30,793 bases of DNA from the NCBI GenBank assembly GCA_963633785.1, contig CAVHAH010000001.1:1-30793 (forward strand), written 5' to 3'. The notes below the pieces were generated by a model. The model was not told the DNA's origin. It ran no database searches and was given only the letters and a program-made list of their open reading frames with translations. Below, piece after piece: positions 9,305 to 17,654 of this stretch. How positions within the stretch are numbered: the stretch's first letter is position 1; each line of letters begins with the position of its first letter. Made by a program: the position numbers and the translations under genes. This stretch comes from a bacterium (GTDB taxonomy: Bacteria; Bacillota; Clostridia; Christensenellales; Aristaeellaceae).

Positions 9305-9991
9305 ATGGAAACGAAAGCAAGATTGCAAAGGGCATTCACCGCCGTTCTGTTGATCGGCTGGGTTGTGCTGGTGGCATTCGCCATTCAGCAGAAGGATGAA
9401 ATCACCGTAGACAGCATTGTGCAAATGTCTTCGGAAAATTCGCTGCTCACGGCGCTGATGATGCTGTGCCTGTTCGCATTCAAGAGCATCACGGTGGTAT
9501 TGTGGAGTGCGCTTCTGTATGCGGCAAGCGCGATACTCTTCCCGCTGCCGTGGGCGATGCTGGTGAATTTTCTGGGAACGGTGGTAATGATAAGCGTGCC
9601 GTATTGCATCGGATTGCATATCGACGTTCACAGAATTCGCGAAAAGGTGGAGAATCACAAGCACGCTTCCGTAACGAAAATGCTGAACAATCAAAGCACG
9701 GTGATGTTCGCATTTTTCTCCAGAATAATTGCGCTTGTTCCGAGCGATTTGCTGGGCATGTATTGCGGCGCAATGCGAAAGCGATTCCTTGATTTTCTGC
9801 TGGGTTCGATTCTGGGAATGCTTCCGAGCATGCTGGCGTACACGCTCATGGGCGATGCCCTGACCGACCCGACCGGCCCGCAATTCATATGGAGCATGAT
9901 TTCGCAGGTGATTCTGACCGTCGCTTCGCTGATTCTGTATTGGATTCTTCAAAAGAAACACGCGGGCGAAAAGAAAACCGCAGAGGGATAA
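9305..9991 (+). CDS. TVP38/TMEM64 (DedA superfamily, VTT domain) membrane protein
   Basis: Several hydrophobic segments; motifs YAASAILFP and SRIIALVPSDLLGMYCG..FLLGSILGMLP; starts 5 nt after the upstream stop. Confidence 0.8.
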   Translation: METKARLQRAFTAVLLIGWVVLVAFAIQQKDEITVDSIVQMSSENSLLTALMMLCLFAFKSITVVLWSALLYAASAILFPLPWAMLVNFLGTVVMISVPYCIGLHIDVHRIREKVENHKHASVTKMLNNQSTVMFAFFSRIIALVPSDLLGMYCGAMRKRFLDFLLGSILGMLPSMLAYTLMGDALTDPTGPQFIWSMISQVILTVASLILYWILQKKHAGEKKTAEG

Positions 9992-10151
9992 GGCAACCCC
10001 GCACAATTCGGCGGCGACGCTGAATGCGCCTTTTGCGGTATCTGGAAGCTGCAGAAATCTCGATTTACCTCCAGTAAACCTTCGATTCCTGCAATTCCAT
10101 CTACCGCAAAATTCACTATTCATCGTACCACCTCATTTGTGTGGTGTTACC
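9992..10151. repeat. 160-nt long imperfect hairpin element, copy 1
   Basis: Folds back on itself over its whole length; ungapped match (121/160 by manual count) to 17259-17418. Confidence 0.9.
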
Positions 10152-10164
10152 GTTACCAAACAAA

Positions 10165-10195
10165 TCGGAGTGTTTCCGCAAAGGAAGCACTCCGA
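10165..10195. terminator. Bidirectional intrinsic terminator
   Basis: TCGGAGTGTTTCC-gcaaa-GGAAGCACTCCGA with T-rich tails on both strands, between convergent genes. Confidence 0.85.
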
Positions 10196-10209
10196 AGTTT
10201 TTTATCTTA

Positions 10210-13200
10210 TCAGATTTCCAAAGTTCCCTCGAAGACCTGTTCCGCCGTTCCGTGAAGCGTTACGCCGCTGTCGGAATAGCGAACGGTGAGCGTTCCGCCG
10301 GGCACCTGAACGTCGATGTCCGTATCCCGACGGCACAAGCCGTTTTCAACCGCAGCAACCACTGCGGCGCAAGCGCCCGTTCCGCAGGCTTTGGTTTCAC
10401 CGCTGCCGCGCTCGAAACAGCGCATTCTCAGCGTGGTTGCGTTTACCGCGCGCACGAATTCGGTATTCACCCGTTCGGGGAAGATTTCGGCCGTTTCGAA
10501 TTTCGGCCCCAGCCGATCGAGCTTCAGCGTTTCAACGGAATCCGTGAATACCACGCAATGCGGATTGCCCATGGAAACGAGGTTGATGAAATACATCTGC
10601 CCGGCGATTTTCGCAGGATAGTGCATCGCGCGGTCGGCCTGAATGGTGCAGGGCAGGCTTGCGGGATTCAGATTCGGCTGTCCGATATCCACCGATACCG
10701 AGCTGACCCGACCGGACTGCGTGTAGAGCTGCAAATGGTGAATGCCGCTCGCCGTTTCGATGTTCATTTCCGTTTTCGCAACGATGCCCTTATCGTAGAG
10801 ATACTTGCCCACGCAGCGAATGCAGTTGCCCGCCATTCGCCCTTCGGAACCGTCACGGTTGTACATGCGCATTTTCGCATCCGCCACGGAGGAATTCTCA
10901 ATCAGGGCGATGCCGTCCGCACCCACGCCGTAATGGCTTCTGCACAGCTTCACGCACAGCGATTCGGGATATTCAATCGCATTGTCGCGGTTGTCAATCA
11001 GAATGTAATCGTTGCCGGTAGACTGCATCTTTGAGAATTTCAGGGTCTGACGTTCATGGCGCAGATGCGCAATGTCCACCAGTTCGGTGTTGAGCTGCGT
11101 GTAACGGCTGGCGATGATGTCCGCCAGTGCGTTTGCGGTATCCAGCGATGTCAGGCAGGCGATTCTGTGCAGCACCGCCAGGCGATGCAGGTGAATGTAA
11201 TCCTCCATCGTGGCATCCATAAGCGCACCCGTGTAGATGATATAGTGAATCACGCCGCTTTCAAGCAGATTCTGCGTGGCGTCGTAATCGTGAATGTCGG
11301 GAACGGTATTCACCGCAATGCCCATCGTTGCGAGCACCTGCGCCGTGCCGACCGTCGCATACAGCCGACAGCCCAAATCGTAGAACTTCCGTGCAATCGA
11401 AACGATTTCGGGGTAATCGTATTCATCCACGCTCAGCATAACGCCCGTTTCCTGTCCCGCTTCGGGCGTGCGGAAGCCGGCGCTCACCAAGCCCTTGAAC
11501 AGCGCTTCGGATTTATCCCGACCCAGACCGAGCACTTCGCCCGTGGACTTCATTTCGGGGCTCAAATAGCTGTTTGCGTCCAGCAGCTTTTCAAACGAGA
11601 ATACCGGCACCTTTACCGCACAATACGGCGGCGCCTGATGCAGACCCGTTCCGCAGCCGATTTCACGAAGCGATTCGCCCAGCATCACCCGCGCGGCAAT
11701 GTCCACCATCGCCACGCCCGATACCTTTGAAATATACGGAATCGTGCGCGATGCACGGGGGTTGACCTCGATAACATACAATTCGCCGTCGTAAATCAGA
11801 TACTGAATGTTCACGAGACCCTTCGTGCCCAAAGCCAACGCCAGCTGTGTGGAGCTCTTCACGATGTTCTGAAGCATTCTGTCGGTGATGTTGTACGGCG
11901 GATACACCGCAATGGAGTCGCCCGAATGCACGCCCGCGCGCTCGATATGCTCCATTACGCCGGGAATCAGAACATCCGTGCCGTCGGAAATCACGTCCAC
12001 TTCCAGTTCCGTTCCGGACATATACTTGTCCACCAGAACGGGATTCTCGATGCCGCCTGCGAGAATGCGATTCATGTAGGTTTCAACATCTTTCTTCGCA
12101 TGGGCAATCACCATGTTCTGACCGCCGATAACATAGCTCGGACGCAGCAGCACGGGATAACCCAGCGTTTGCGCCGCATTCAGGGCTTCTTCCATCGTGC
12201 GAACGCCCATGCCCTTCGGACGGCGAATCGAGAATTTCTCCAGCAGCGCATCGAAGCGTTCACGGTCTTCGGCAATGTCGATGCCCTCTGCGGAGGTGCC
12301 CAGAATCGGAACATTCGCGCGGCTCAGCGCACCCGTTAAGCGAATGGCGGTCTGTCCGCCGAACGCAACCACAACGCCGATGGGCTTTTCAACCTCCAGA
12401 ATCCGCATCACGTCTTCATCCGTGAGCGGCTCGAAATACAGCCGGTCGGCGGTATCGTAGTCGGTGGAAACGGTTTCGGGGTTGTTGTTGATGATGACCA
12501 CATCGTATCCCAGCCGCTTGAGCGTCCATACGCAATGCACGGAGGAATAGTCGAATTCAATGCCCTGACCGATGCGAATCGGGCCCGAACCCAGTACGAC
12601 CACCACGGGTTTGCCCGAACGGGGGAACGCACGGGATTCACATTCGGAATCAAAGCTCGAATAGAAGTAAGGCGTTTCGGCGGCGAATTCCGCACCGCAG
12701 GTATCCACCATTTTGAATACGCTGTGGCATTCGGGCAGCGATTCCGCTCCCGAAAGACGCTTGATTGCGGCGTCGGGATAGCCCAGCTTCTTGCCTTTCA
12801 GATAATTCTCCTCGGTAAGACCGTTTGCGATTTCGGCTTCGTAATCGGCGAGCTTTTGCAATTTGGCGATGAACCACTTGTCGATTTTCGTGATTGCGTG
12901 AATTTCATCCACCGTCACGCCGCTCTTCAGCGCTTCAAACACGGTAAACAGCCTGTGGTCGTCTGCGATTTTCAGCCGTTCACGAATGGGCGCGGAGCTG
13001 TTCGGCGTGCGGTTGAGCGTATCCATGCCGATTTCCGCACCTCGAACGGCTTTCATCAAAGCCATTTCGAATGTGGGCGCAATGGACATCACTTCGCCCG
13101 TCGCCTTCATCTGCGTGCCCAAACTGCGGCTGGCTCCGGCGAACTTGTCAAACGGCCATTTCGGGAACTTGACCACCACATAGTCGAGCGTCGGCTCAAA

Positions 13201-14235
13201 GCAGGCGCAGGTCTTGCCCGTGATTTCGTTTTTGATTTCATCCAGCGTATAGCCCAAAGCGATGCGGGTGGTGACCTTTGCAATCGGATAGCCCGTGGCC
13301 TTGCTCGCCAATGCCGACGAACGGGACACGCGCGGATTCACCTCGATAACCGCATATTCGAAGCTGTCGGGATTCAGGGCGAACTGGCAGTTGCAGCCGC
13401 CGACAATGCCCAGCGCCGAAATGATATTCAGCGATGCGCTTCGAAGCATCTGATATTCCTTGTCCGAAAGCGTGAGTGCGGGCGCAACCACAATGGAATC
13501 GCCCGTGTGAATGCCCACGGGATCGAGATTCTCCATCGAGCAAACGGCAATCACGTTGCCCACGGAATCGCGCATCACCTCGAATTCGATTTCCTTCCAG
13601 CCCGCCACGGACTTTTCAATCAGAACCTGCGTAATCGGCGAAGCGTCCAGACCGGTCTGCGCAATCAGGCGCAATTCCTCTTCATCCGCCGCAGAACCGC
13701 CGCCTGCGCCGCCCAATGTGAATGCGGGGCGAACGATTACGGGGTAACCGATTTTCGAAGCGATTTCCAGCGCCTGATTCACGGTGTTGGCGATGCCCGA
13801 GGGAATCACGGGTTCGCCGATTTCGGTCATGGCGTCTTTGAACAGCTGTCTGTCCTCCGCCTTGTCAATCGCCTCGGCATTTGCGCCGATCAGGCGAACG
13901 TTGTGTTCCTGCAAAAAGCCGTCTTTGGAAAGCTGCATCGCAAGCGTCAGACCCGTCTGACCGCCAAGACCCGCCAGAAGGCTGTCCGGCTTTTCGTGCA
14001 GAATAATGCGCTTGAGCGTTTCAACGGTCAGGGGCTCCAAATAAATTTCATCCGCAAGCGCCTTGTCGGTCATGATGGTTGCGGGGTTTGAATTCACCAA
14101 AACCACATTCACGCCCGCATCCTTCAGAATTCGGCACGCCTGCGCACCGGCATAATCGAATTCGGCGGCCTGACCGATTACGATAGGACCGGAACCGATC
14201 ATCAAAACCTTGTGAATGGACGGATTCAGCGGCAT
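10210..14235 (-). CDS. carB: Carbamoyl-phosphate synthase large subunit fused to a C-terminal diaminopimelate-epimerase (DapF) domain
   Basis: GSGPIVIGQAAEFDY, duplicated ATP-grasp domains (EVNPRVSRSS, EVNPRASRT), MGS-like domain; last ~277 aa are DapF-like (FSKMQSTGNDY, GVGADG, SMGNPH, FERGSGETKACGTGA). Confidence 0.95.
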   Translation of the reverse strand: MPLNPSIHKVLMIGSGPIVIGQAAEFDYAGAQACRILKDAGVNVVLVNSNPATIMTDKALADEIYLEPLTVETLKRIILHEKPDSLLAGLGGQTGLTLAMQLSKDGFLQEHNVRLIGANAEAIDKAEDRQLFKDAMTEIGEPVIPSGIANTVNQALEIASKIGYPVIVRPAFTLGGAGGGSAADEEELRLIAQTGLDASPITQVLIEKSVAGWKEIEFEVMRDSVGNVIAVCSMENLDPVGIHTGDSIVVAPALTLSDKEYQMLRSASLNIISALGIVGGCNCQFALNPDSFEYAVIEVNPRVSRSSALASKATGYPIAKVTTRIALGYTLDEIKNEITGKTCACFEPTLDYVVVKFPKWPFDKFAGASRSLGTQMKATGEVMSIAPTFEMALMKAVRGAEIGMDTLNRTPNSSAPIRERLKIADDHRLFTVFEALKSGVTVDEIHAITKIDKWFIAKLQKLADYEAEIANGLTEENYLKGKKLGYPDAAIKRLSGAESLPECHSVFKMVDTCGAEFAAETPYFYSSFDSECESRAFPRSGKPVVVVLGSGPIRIGQGIEFDYSSVHCVWTLKRLGYDVVIINNNPETVSTDYDTADRLYFEPLTDEDVMRILEVEKPIGVVVAFGGQTAIRLTGALSRANVPILGTSAEGIDIAEDRERFDALLEKFSIRRPKGMGVRTMEEALNAAQTLGYPVLLRPSYVIGGQNMVIAHAKKDVETYMNRILAGGIENPVLVDKYMSGTELEVDVISDGTDVLIPGVMEHIERAGVHSGDSIAVYPPYNITDRMLQNIVKSSTQLALALGTKGLVNIQYLIYDGELYVIEVNPRASRTIPYISKVSGVAMVDIAARVMLGESLREIGCGTGLHQAPPYCAVKVPVFSFEKLLDANSYLSPEMKSTGEVLGLGRDKSEALFKGLVSAGFRTPEAGQETGVMLSVDEYDYPEIVSIARKFYDLGCRLYATVGTAQVLATMGIAVNTVPDIHDYDATQNLLESGVIHYIIYTGALMDATMEDYIHLHRLAVLHRIACLTSLDTANALADIIASRYTQLNTELVDIAHLRHERQTLKFSKMQSTGNDYILIDNRDNAIEYPESLCVKLCRSHYGVGADGIALIENSSVADAKMRMYNRDGSEGRMAGNCIRCVGKYLYDKGIVAKTEMNIETASGIHHLQLYTQSGRVSSVSVDIGQPNLNPASLPCTIQADRAMHYPAKIAGQMYFINLVSMGNPHCVVFTDSVETLKLDRLGPKFETAEIFPERVNTEFVRAVNATTLRMRCFERGSGETKACGTGACAAVVAAVENGLCRRDTDIDVQVPGGTLTVRYSDSGVTLHGTAEQVFEGTLEI

Positions 14236-15296
14236 ACCTTTTCGCCTCCCATCATGGCAATAAAGCGATCAAACAGAAATGCGGTGTCGTGCGGACCGGC
14301 ACTCGCTTCGGGGTGGAACTGAACGGTGAATGCGTTCAAATCGGGGTAATCAATGCCTTCACAGCTGCCGTCGTTGGCGTTGACATAGCTGATTTTGCCC
14401 GTGTGAACGGATTCGCTGACCACAGCATAGCCGTGGTTCTGACTGGTGATATAGCAGCGCACGCCGTTGACCTCTTTCACGGGCTGGTTTGCGCCGCGAT
14501 GGCCGTATTTCATTTTTTCCGTGCGTCCGCCCGCCGCCAGAGCGGTCATCTGATGCCCCAGGCAAATGCCAAACATCGGCACCTTCCCCAGCATCTTAGC
14601 GATTTGCGCAATGCAGAATGTGTTTTCTTCGGGATCGCCCGGGCCGTTGGAAAGCATAACTCCGTCGGGATGCGATTCGAGCACCGTTTCGGCAGGCGTG
14701 TTCGCGGGATAAACCGTAACCGAACAGCCCCGCTTTTGCAATTCACGAACGATATTGCGCTTGGCGCCGTAATCCATCAGTGCCACGTGATATTTTGTTT
14801 CGCCGATTGCGGGATATTCGTTTTTTTCTTTGCACGTTACCTGATTGACCACGCCCCGAACGGCATAGCCCTGAACGGCGCTTAAATCCTTCGGCACTTC
14901 GCGGCAGATCATTGCGTTGATAACGCCGTGTTCGCGGATTCTGCGCGTGATGGCGCGGGTGTCCAGCCCGCAGATGCCGGGAATGCCGTGCGCTTTCAGA
15001 AACGCATCCAAATCTCCCTGCGATCTGAAATTGGAAGGCGCATCGCACCATTCGTGAACCACATAGCCCCGCGCGCTGCATTCGCCTTCGAAATCCTGTT
15101 CAATCACGCCATAGTTGCCGATTAACGGAAATGTTTGCAGAATAATTTGCCCCGCATAACTTTCGTCCGTGAGCGTTTCCAGATACCCTTCCATACCGGT
15201 TGTGAATACCAGCTCACCGATGGAATCACAGCTTGCGCCGAAACCGTCGCCCTCGTAAACCGTTCCGTCCGCAAGCACCAAATAGGCCTTTGGCAT
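14226..15296 (-). CDS. carA: Carbamoyl-phosphate synthase small subunit
   Basis: GELVFTTGM, LSNGPGDP, GICLGHQ, SQNHGYAV, QFHPEA; AAGGAG RBS before ATG 15296; overlaps the carB start. Confidence 0.96.
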   Translation of the reverse strand: MPKAYLVLADGTVYEGDGFGASCDSIGELVFTTGMEGYLETLTDESYAGQIILQTFPLIGNYGVIEQDFEGECSARGYVVHEWCDAPSNFRSQGDLDAFLKAHGIPGICGLDTRAITRRIREHGVINAMICREVPKDLSAVQGYAVRGVVNQVTCKEKNEYPAIGETKYHVALMDYGAKRNIVRELQKRGCSVTVYPANTPAETVLESHPDGVMLSNGPGDPEENTFCIAQIAKMLGKVPMFGICLGHQMTALAAGGRTEKMKYGHRGANQPVKEVNGVRCYITSQNHGYAVVSESVHTGKISYVNANDGSCEGIDYPDLNAFTVQFHPEASAGPHDTAFLFDRFIAMMGGEKVCR

Positions 15297-15309
15297 AATT
15301 TGTCTCTCC

Positions 15310-16299
15310 TTAATTGAGTCCCTTGAGTGTTGCATACATCACCGCTTTGATGGTGTGCATGCGGTTTTCCGCCTCGTCAAACACGATGGAAGCGGGCGAT
15401 TCGAACACCTCGTCGGTAACCTCCATGGCGTCGATGCCGAATTTGTCGTGAATCTTTCGGCCGATGCCGGTGTTCAAATCGTGGAATGCGGGCAGACAGT
15501 GCATGAACACGCACTTTTCGCCTGCGGCCGCCATCAGCTTCGCATTCACCTGATAAGGCATCAGATCGTGAATGCGCTCCTCCCATACCTCGTCCGGCTC
15601 GCCCATCGAAACCCAAACGTCCGTGTAAACGGCATTCGCACCCTTCACGGCCGTGAGCGGATCGGTGGAGAATTCAAGCGTTGCGCCCGTCTGAGCGGCG
15701 ATTTTTTCGCATTCGGCAACCAGTGCGCTGTTCGGGAAATACTTTTCGGGCGCACACGCCACGAAATGCATGCCCATTTTCGCACAGCCCACCATCAGCG
15801 AATTGCCCATGTTGTAGCGGGCATCGCCCATGTAAACCAGCTTCTGCCCCTTCAATTCGCCGAACTGTTCGCGCAGCGTCAGGAAATCCGCCAGAATCTG
15901 CGTGGGATGGAATTCGTTGGTCAGACCGTTCCAAACGGGAACGCCCGCATACTTCGCCAGCGTTTCCACAATCTCCTGACCGAAGCCGCGGTATTCAATG
16001 CCGTCATACATTCTGCCCAACACCCGCGCGGTGTCCGCAATGGATTCCTTCTTGCCGATTTGGGAGCCGCTGGGGTCGAGATAGGTCACCTGCATGCCCA
16101 AATCATGCGCCGCAACTTCAAAACTGCAGCGCGTGCGCGTGGAGGTCTTTTCGAAAATCAGGGCGATATTTCTGCCCTTCAAATCGGCATGGGGAATGCC
16201 GTGCTTCTTCTGCTGCTTGAGGGACGCAGCCAGATCCAGCAACGCGGAAATTTCTTCGGGCGTAAAATCCAGAAGCTTCAAAAAGCTCTTGTTTTTCAT
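15310..16299 (-). CDS. argF: Ornithine carbamoyltransferase
   Basis: [41 protein letters not shown] motifs; exact start is slightly uncertain. Confidence 0.95.
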   Translation of the reverse strand: MKNKSFLKLLDFTPEEISALLDLAASLKQQKKHGIPHADLKGRNIALIFEKTSTRTRCSFEVAAHDLGMQVTYLDPSGSQIGKKESIADTARVLGRMYDGIEYRGFGQEIVETLAKYAGVPVWNGLTNEFHPTQILADFLTLREQFGELKGQKLVYMGDARYNMGNSLMVGCAKMGMHFVACAPEKYFPNSALVAECEKIAAQTGATLEFSTDPLTAVKGANAVYTDVWVSMGEPDEVWEERIHDLMPYQVNAKLMAAAGEKCVFMHCLPAFHDLNTGIGRKIHDKFGIDAMEVTDEVFESPASIVFDEAENRMHTIKAVMYATLKGLN

Positions 16300-16333
16300 G
16301 ATCCATCTCAACTCCGTTTTCAAATTTGCACCT

Positions 16334-16362
16334 ATTATAGTACAAAATCAATTTCAATGCAA
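16334..16362 (-). promoter_or_regulatory. Putative sigmaA promoter of argF-carA-carB
   Basis: TTGCAT (16362-16357), 17 bp, TATAAT (16339-16334). Confidence 0.7.
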
Positions 16363-16369
16363 CTGATGA

Positions 16370-16437
16370 AATGTAAGTTTATGCGTTAATAATTGAATAA
16401 AAGGCGTAAAAACCTGTATAACATGAATATTTAACAA
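16370..16437. promoter_or_regulatory. Possible degenerate ARG boxes (ArgR/AhrC sites)
   Basis: AT-rich region with partial matches to TGnAT-N4-ATnCA (TGTAAGTTTATGCG at 16372, TGAATATTTAACAA at 16424) between argF and the amino-acid binding protein gene. Confidence 0.3.
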
Positions 16438-16446
16438 TAAAAAAGA

Positions 16447-16475
16447 TTGACATTCGAAAATTCGGGTGATAGAAT
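16447..16475 (+). promoter_or_regulatory. sigmaA promoter with extended -10
   Basis: TTGACA, 17 bp, TAGAAT with upstream TGn. Confidence 0.8.
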
Positions 16476-16508
16476 ATGCACAATTCAAACGGCAGGGAGG
16501 AAATGAAA

Positions 16509-17258
16509 ATGAAAAAGACATTGATTTGTGCGGTTCTGGCTTTGATGCTTTTGTGTTCAACGGCATTTGCGGACACGCTGACCATGGGTTCGAGCATCGA
16601 CTTTGCGCCCTATGAGTATTACGACGACGAGACCGGCGACATCGTGGGCATCGATGTTGAGATTGCGCAGGCGGTTTGCGATGCGCTGGGCTACGAGCTG
16701 GAAATCACGGATATGCAGTTCGATTCGATTATTGCGGCGGTGGTTCAGAACAAAGTGGATTTCGGCATGTCCGGATTCACCATCACCGAGGAGCGCAAGC
16801 AGAGCGTGAATTTCTCCACGCCCTACACCACAACGGCGCAGAAAATTATCGTTCCCGAAGACAGCTCGATTACATCGGTTGACGATCTGTTCAACACGGA
16901 AAACAGCTTCTCCATCGCCGTGCAGCAGGGCACGACGGGCGACCTCTACATCACGGATGATGTGGAAGCCAACGGTCTGAAGCATGATATTCAGCGCTTC
17001 AACAAGGCGCCCGATGCCGTGGTTGCGCTGCTGGCGAACAAGGCGGACTGCATCATTATCGACGGCGAGGTTGCCGAATCCTTCGTGGCGGCGAATGAAG
17101 GCCTGAAGGTTCTGGAATCCGCATACGCCTATGAAGAATACGCCATCTGCTTCTCCAAGGACAGCGCCATCTACGAGGCATTCAACACCGAACTGGAAAA
17201 GCTGATTGCCGACGGCACGGTGCAGAGCATTATCGATAAATACATCACGGAAGACTAA
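16509..17258 (+). CDS. Polar amino-acid ABC transporter substrate-binding protein (family 3)
   Basis: Signal peptide ending AFA; motifs DFAPYEY, GIDVEIA, SGFTITEERKQSVNFSTPY, VQQGTTG; GGAGG RBS. Confidence 0.92.
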   Translation: MKKTLICAVLALMLLCSTAFADTLTMGSSIDFAPYEYYDDETGDIVGIDVEIAQAVCDALGYELEITDMQFDSIIAAVVQNKVDFGMSGFTITEERKQSVNFSTPYTTTAQKIIVPEDSSITSVDDLFNTENSFSIAVQQGTTGDLYITDDVEANGLKHDIQRFNKAPDAVVALLANKADCIIIDGEVAESFVAANEGLKVLESAYAYEEYAICFSKDSAIYEAFNTELEKLIADGTVQSIIDKYITED

Positions 17259-17418
17259 GGACACACTGATTAATTCGGCGGCGAATCTGAGCGTGCCTTT
17301 CACGGCATCTGCTTCTTGCAAAAATCTCGATTTACCTCCAGTAAACCTTCGATTTCCGCAATCGCATATGCCGCAAAATTCACTGCTCAGCTTACCACCT
17401 CATTTAATCAGCGTATCC
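17259..17418. repeat. 160-nt long imperfect hairpin element, copy 2
   Basis: Same length and fold as 9992-10151; shares the 33-nt identical core AAATCTCGATTTACCTCCAGTAAACCTTCGATT. Confidence 0.9.
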
Positions 17419-17435
17419 CTAAATCCAAAAAACCG

Positions 17436-17476
17436 AAAAGTGCGTTCCCGAAAAAAACAAAGGGAACGCACTTTTT
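17436..17476 (+). terminator. Intrinsic terminator (probably bidirectional)
   Basis: AAAAGTGCGTTCCC...GGGAACGCACTTTTT. Confidence 0.85.
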
Positions 17477-17493
17477 GAATGCAATGAAACCCG

Positions 17494-17527
17494 AAAAAAA
17501 GGAGCTCTTTCCGTTCGGAAAAAGCTC
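17494..17527 (-). terminator. tRNA terminator
   Basis: Hairpin GAGCTTTTTCCG-AA-CGGAAAGAGCTC then a T7 run on the minus strand, directly after the tRNA CCA. Confidence 0.75.
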
Positions 17528-17530
17528 ACA

Positions 17531-17604
17531 TGGCAGGGGCAGTAAGATTCGAACTCACAACAAAGGTTTTGGAGACCCACGTGTTACCATTACACCATGC
17601 CCCT
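17531..17604 (-). tRNA. tRNA-Trp (anticodon CCA)
   Basis: Acceptor stem AGGGGCA/TGCCCCT, G73, encoded CCA; D-stem GTGT/ACAC; anticodon loop CTCCAAA; T-loop TTCGAAT; 74 nt. Confidence 0.97.
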
Positions 17605-17625
17605 ATATTCTCAACAACGAAAACA

Positions 17626-17654
17626 ATTATAACAGATTCAACGCGAATTGTCAA
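17626..17654 (-). promoter_or_regulatory. Consensus sigmaA promoter of tRNA-Trp
   Basis: TTGACA, 17 bp, TATAAT with extended -10 TG. Confidence 0.9.

Noticed and set aside
9989..10158. 160-nt hairpins as integron attC sites
   Set aside because: They start at stop codons and fold better on the bottom strand, but lack RYYYAAC/GTTRRRY ends, are not arrayed, and no integrase is in the window
12535..14091. Long antisense ORFs (518 aa here; also 18862-20265, 23364-24668, 29031-30323, 17730-18899, 15355-16389)
   Set aside because: Shadows of well-supported genes on the opposite strand, expected from codon bias at this GC content; no motifs or RBS
9992..17418. The two repeats as ends of a composite transposon or as CRISPR repeats
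   Set aside because: Only 76% identical, enclose housekeeping arg/car genes, no transposase or cas genes, no repeat-spacer periodicity
17420..17604. tRNA-Trp as an integration site of a genomic island
   Set aside because: No duplicated tRNA 3' end and no integrase noticed in the window
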